A stretch of 63,777 nucleotides of DNA, counting the filler, from Dimorphilus gyrociliatus (taxonomy: Eukaryota; Animalia; Annelida): NCBI GenBank assembly GCA_904063045.1. It is 4 parts of 4 records of this genome, joined end to end, with 100 filler letters (N's around TTAATTAATTAA, not from the genome) between each part and the next. Parts side by side here need not be neighbours in the genome. Positions count along the whole stretch, not along the records: positions 61,588 to 63,777 come from CAJFCJ010000340.1; 3 more parts are not named here. One strand, written 5' to 3'. Every line of letters begins with the position of its first letter. Position 1 is the first letter of the stretch. The notes under the pieces are model-generated. The model searched no databases, was not told the DNA's origin, and saw nothing but the letters and a program-made list of their open reading frames with translations. A program made the translations under genes and the position numbers. Of the stretch, positions 61,588-63,777 are shown piece by piece.

Positions 61588-62809
61588 TAAAACAGAAAAC
61601 AGTTTTATAGTCTTGTTCTCCTAAATTTGTATTTTGACTTAAGTAAAGTCTCTTAATTTCAGTTAAACAAATTAGATTCCCAATTATATTTTTTTGTAAA
61701 GCACAATTTGTGAAGTCAATATTTTGAAGTTTGTTTAATGTGCTAATAGACTTCATATCATCCACACTAATCATTTTATTACCATCAATTTTCAGTCTCT
61801 TTAACTTTTTCAGAGGTTCTATATATTTAAATATACCTTTTGGTAGTGAACAACCACTCAATAGAAGTTCTTGAATATTTTTCGATTCAAAAGTATAGAG
61901 TAAATCATTAGTACTAATTGCATTAATATTTGATAAATTTACCACTTTTAATTTTTTAAACTTGGTCAGGAATTTTAACGTATCTGGTTTTAAGTATAGT
62001 CTTTCCAAGTTCAGCTTTTCTAGTTTCTTCATTTTAGATAAAGCAGTGCAGTCCTGTTTATGAATACTAAAGAATCCGCTAATATCTAATGTTTTTAGGT
62101 TTGATAAATTTTTGAAGTATTCAAGTGAATCCTGATGAATACTGCAACTTACCAGGGATAACCCTTCTAACTTTTTAAGTGATGCAATGGCATTAACTCC
62201 ATGATCAAGATCTATGTTACTCATATTATGTAATTCTAGTCTCTTTAATTTTGTTAAAATTCTTAAACTATCGAGGTACTTTACATTACCACTAAAAATA
62301 GTAAGATCTTCTAAAGTTCTTATTTCAAATACAGAATTCATATCGTCTCTAGATAAGGAGTATCCTTTTTTTATTACTAATTTTTTAAGATTCGTCATTT
62401 TTTTAATATCAATTAGAGATCCATCTTTAATAAATTCGCAGGATATTTTTAAAGTATTTAAATTGTTTAGTCTCAAAATTCTTGCTAAATTTTTTGTTTG
62501 CCTTTTCTTGGTCTCTTCTTCTATTATCTTAGAGTTAGTCTTTATAGTTTTAGGGCTGCATTGACTATATCCGCGCTCATGAGGTTGCCTCTCTTCTAAT
62601 ACAATACCTTTATATGATTTATATTTTTTTTTCTTTTTAAATAAATGCTTATTAAAGAACTTTATGCTAGTATTTGTATTCGTATCATCTGAGCTGGAAC
62701 TTAGCTCAAATGGTAACGTTGATGCTGATACGGAAGAAAACAGTGTAACGTTAATAAAAATAACACATATTTTAGCTAACAATAATTGAAATAAAAATAG
62801 TCTGAGCAT
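61588..62809 (-). CDS. Secreted leucine-rich-repeat protein, 3'-truncated by the contig end
   Basis: Hydrophobic leader MLRLFLFQLLLAKICVIFINVTLFSSVSA; repeated LxxLxxLxxLxL units (LSNLKTLDISG, MKKLEKLNLE, LKKLKRLKIDGN); intronless. Confidence 0.85.
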
Positions 62810-63704
62810 ATACCCATGTTTTTTTTATTTAAATATATAAGAACATACGTGTATTTTACTTTAAAAAACTTGTAAGTTGAAAAATTATTGGTTACTATAA
62901 AGAGATCAATAAGAAATTATTTGTTTTATTTTTTTGCTTATACAACAAAAAGGGGAATGCATTAGACCAAAAATTTTGTGTATATTATGGTTTTTTAATA
63001 CTTAGTACAATACTAGGATACACCTAAGTAAAATAAAATGTTTTAATTATAAAATCTCATTATTCTATTTGATATTAATTATATTTAATGCTATTTCATT
63101 TTTTAAATCTCTAATTTTAGTTTTCATACTCAATTTGTTGAGTTTATAAATAATTTTACTTTAGAAATTGTTTAATCTCAAAGAAAACATATTCAGCATA
63201 TGTTTATACCTTGCATTTTTATGTTTTTTTACAACAATAAAATAAAAAAACTTAGCAAAAAAGGAGGCTACCAAATCACTTTGGTACAAAACCGTCTTTG
63301 ATTTTGGTATGTTTTCGTTTATTATTGACCTATTTTAGAAAGCAAGAAAACTATATTTAAATAATGTTATAATGATTAAATAAACCCCCCTTTTTTCTTA
63401 ATCACTTAGTTAGCTATTCAGAGTTAAATTATATTTAATATTAAAGGATAAAAGAATTTCTTTTGATTCATTTGAATTATGATTATAACATGATAAGATT
63501 ATAAAAAATAAAGTTTATTAAGTACATACGTCTTTTACGCTATTATTTTAGTAGAATAAAACAATTAACTTAACAAGTCTTCAAATCTATTTTCACTTTT
63601 CTTCGCAAAACTAATACCCTTACTAAATAAATAACAAATTCACGAGGTTGATTATTTTGAGCAGCTATATTTCAACAAAGTTAGAATACCTTTCATTCGA
63701 AAAC

Positions 63705-63745
63705 GGTTTATTTGGATTATAGTGGGGGTGGTTGAAAATTTTTAA
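63705..63745 (+). mobile_element. Possible left end of a Merlin element
   Basis: GGTTTATTTGGATTATAGTGGGGGTGGTTGAAAATTTTTAA resembles the TIR of the 10728-11853 element; no partner end in the window. Confidence 0.35.
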
Positions 63746-63777
63746 GGTTCCCTCCCTTAAATAAGTGTCATTTTCCG

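Noticed and set aside
1-63777. rRNA, tRNA or structured ncRNA genes; tRNA primer-binding site of the retroelement
   Set aside because: No recognisable conserved motifs by eye. The PBS would lie in the missing 5' half of the element. A tRNAscan/Infernal run would be needed to exclude small RNAs.

Overview
This window is not one continuous locus. It is four contigs joined by identical synthetic 100-nt spacers (44 N + TTAATTAATTAA + 44 N) at 23494-23593, 43213-43312 and 61488-61587. Contig 1 (1-23493) and contig 4 (61588-63777) look microsporidian. They are very AT-rich and intronless, and contig 1 has CCC motifs just upstream of its ATGs. Contig 1 carries RPL27A and ORMDL 9 bp apart, four secreted ricin-B-like lectin (RBL) genes (three with very different repetitive tails), and a dense set of Merlin and Tc1/IS630 DNA transposons including a nested insertion. 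Contig 4 carries a secreted LRR protein. Contig 2 (23594-43212) looks metazoan. It has two NACHT (NLR-like) paralogues, LDLa/LGR-type GPCR remnants, and an LTR retrotransposon family (one long copy, one 3' fragment, solo LTRs). The long copy has an unusual order: integrase, then a retropepsin protease, then a signal peptide and small protein, then a second signal peptide and a class III-like viral fusion glycoprotein. Contig 3 (43313-61487) is a microsatellite-rich metazoan-like contig with short introns. From it I could splice a 326-aa 7TM receptor and a TIR + TMEM268-like two-TM protein. It also has an intronless 435-aa ORF with four copies of an unrecognised motif, an RVxF motif and a polybasic-CaaX tail. 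Many ORFs in contigs 1 and 2 are broken by a single missing base in a short homopolymer, always in the same direction, so several apparent pseudogenes may be sequencing artefacts. I found no rRNA, tRNA or CRISPR array. All family assignments come from motif recognition by eye; no database search was run.
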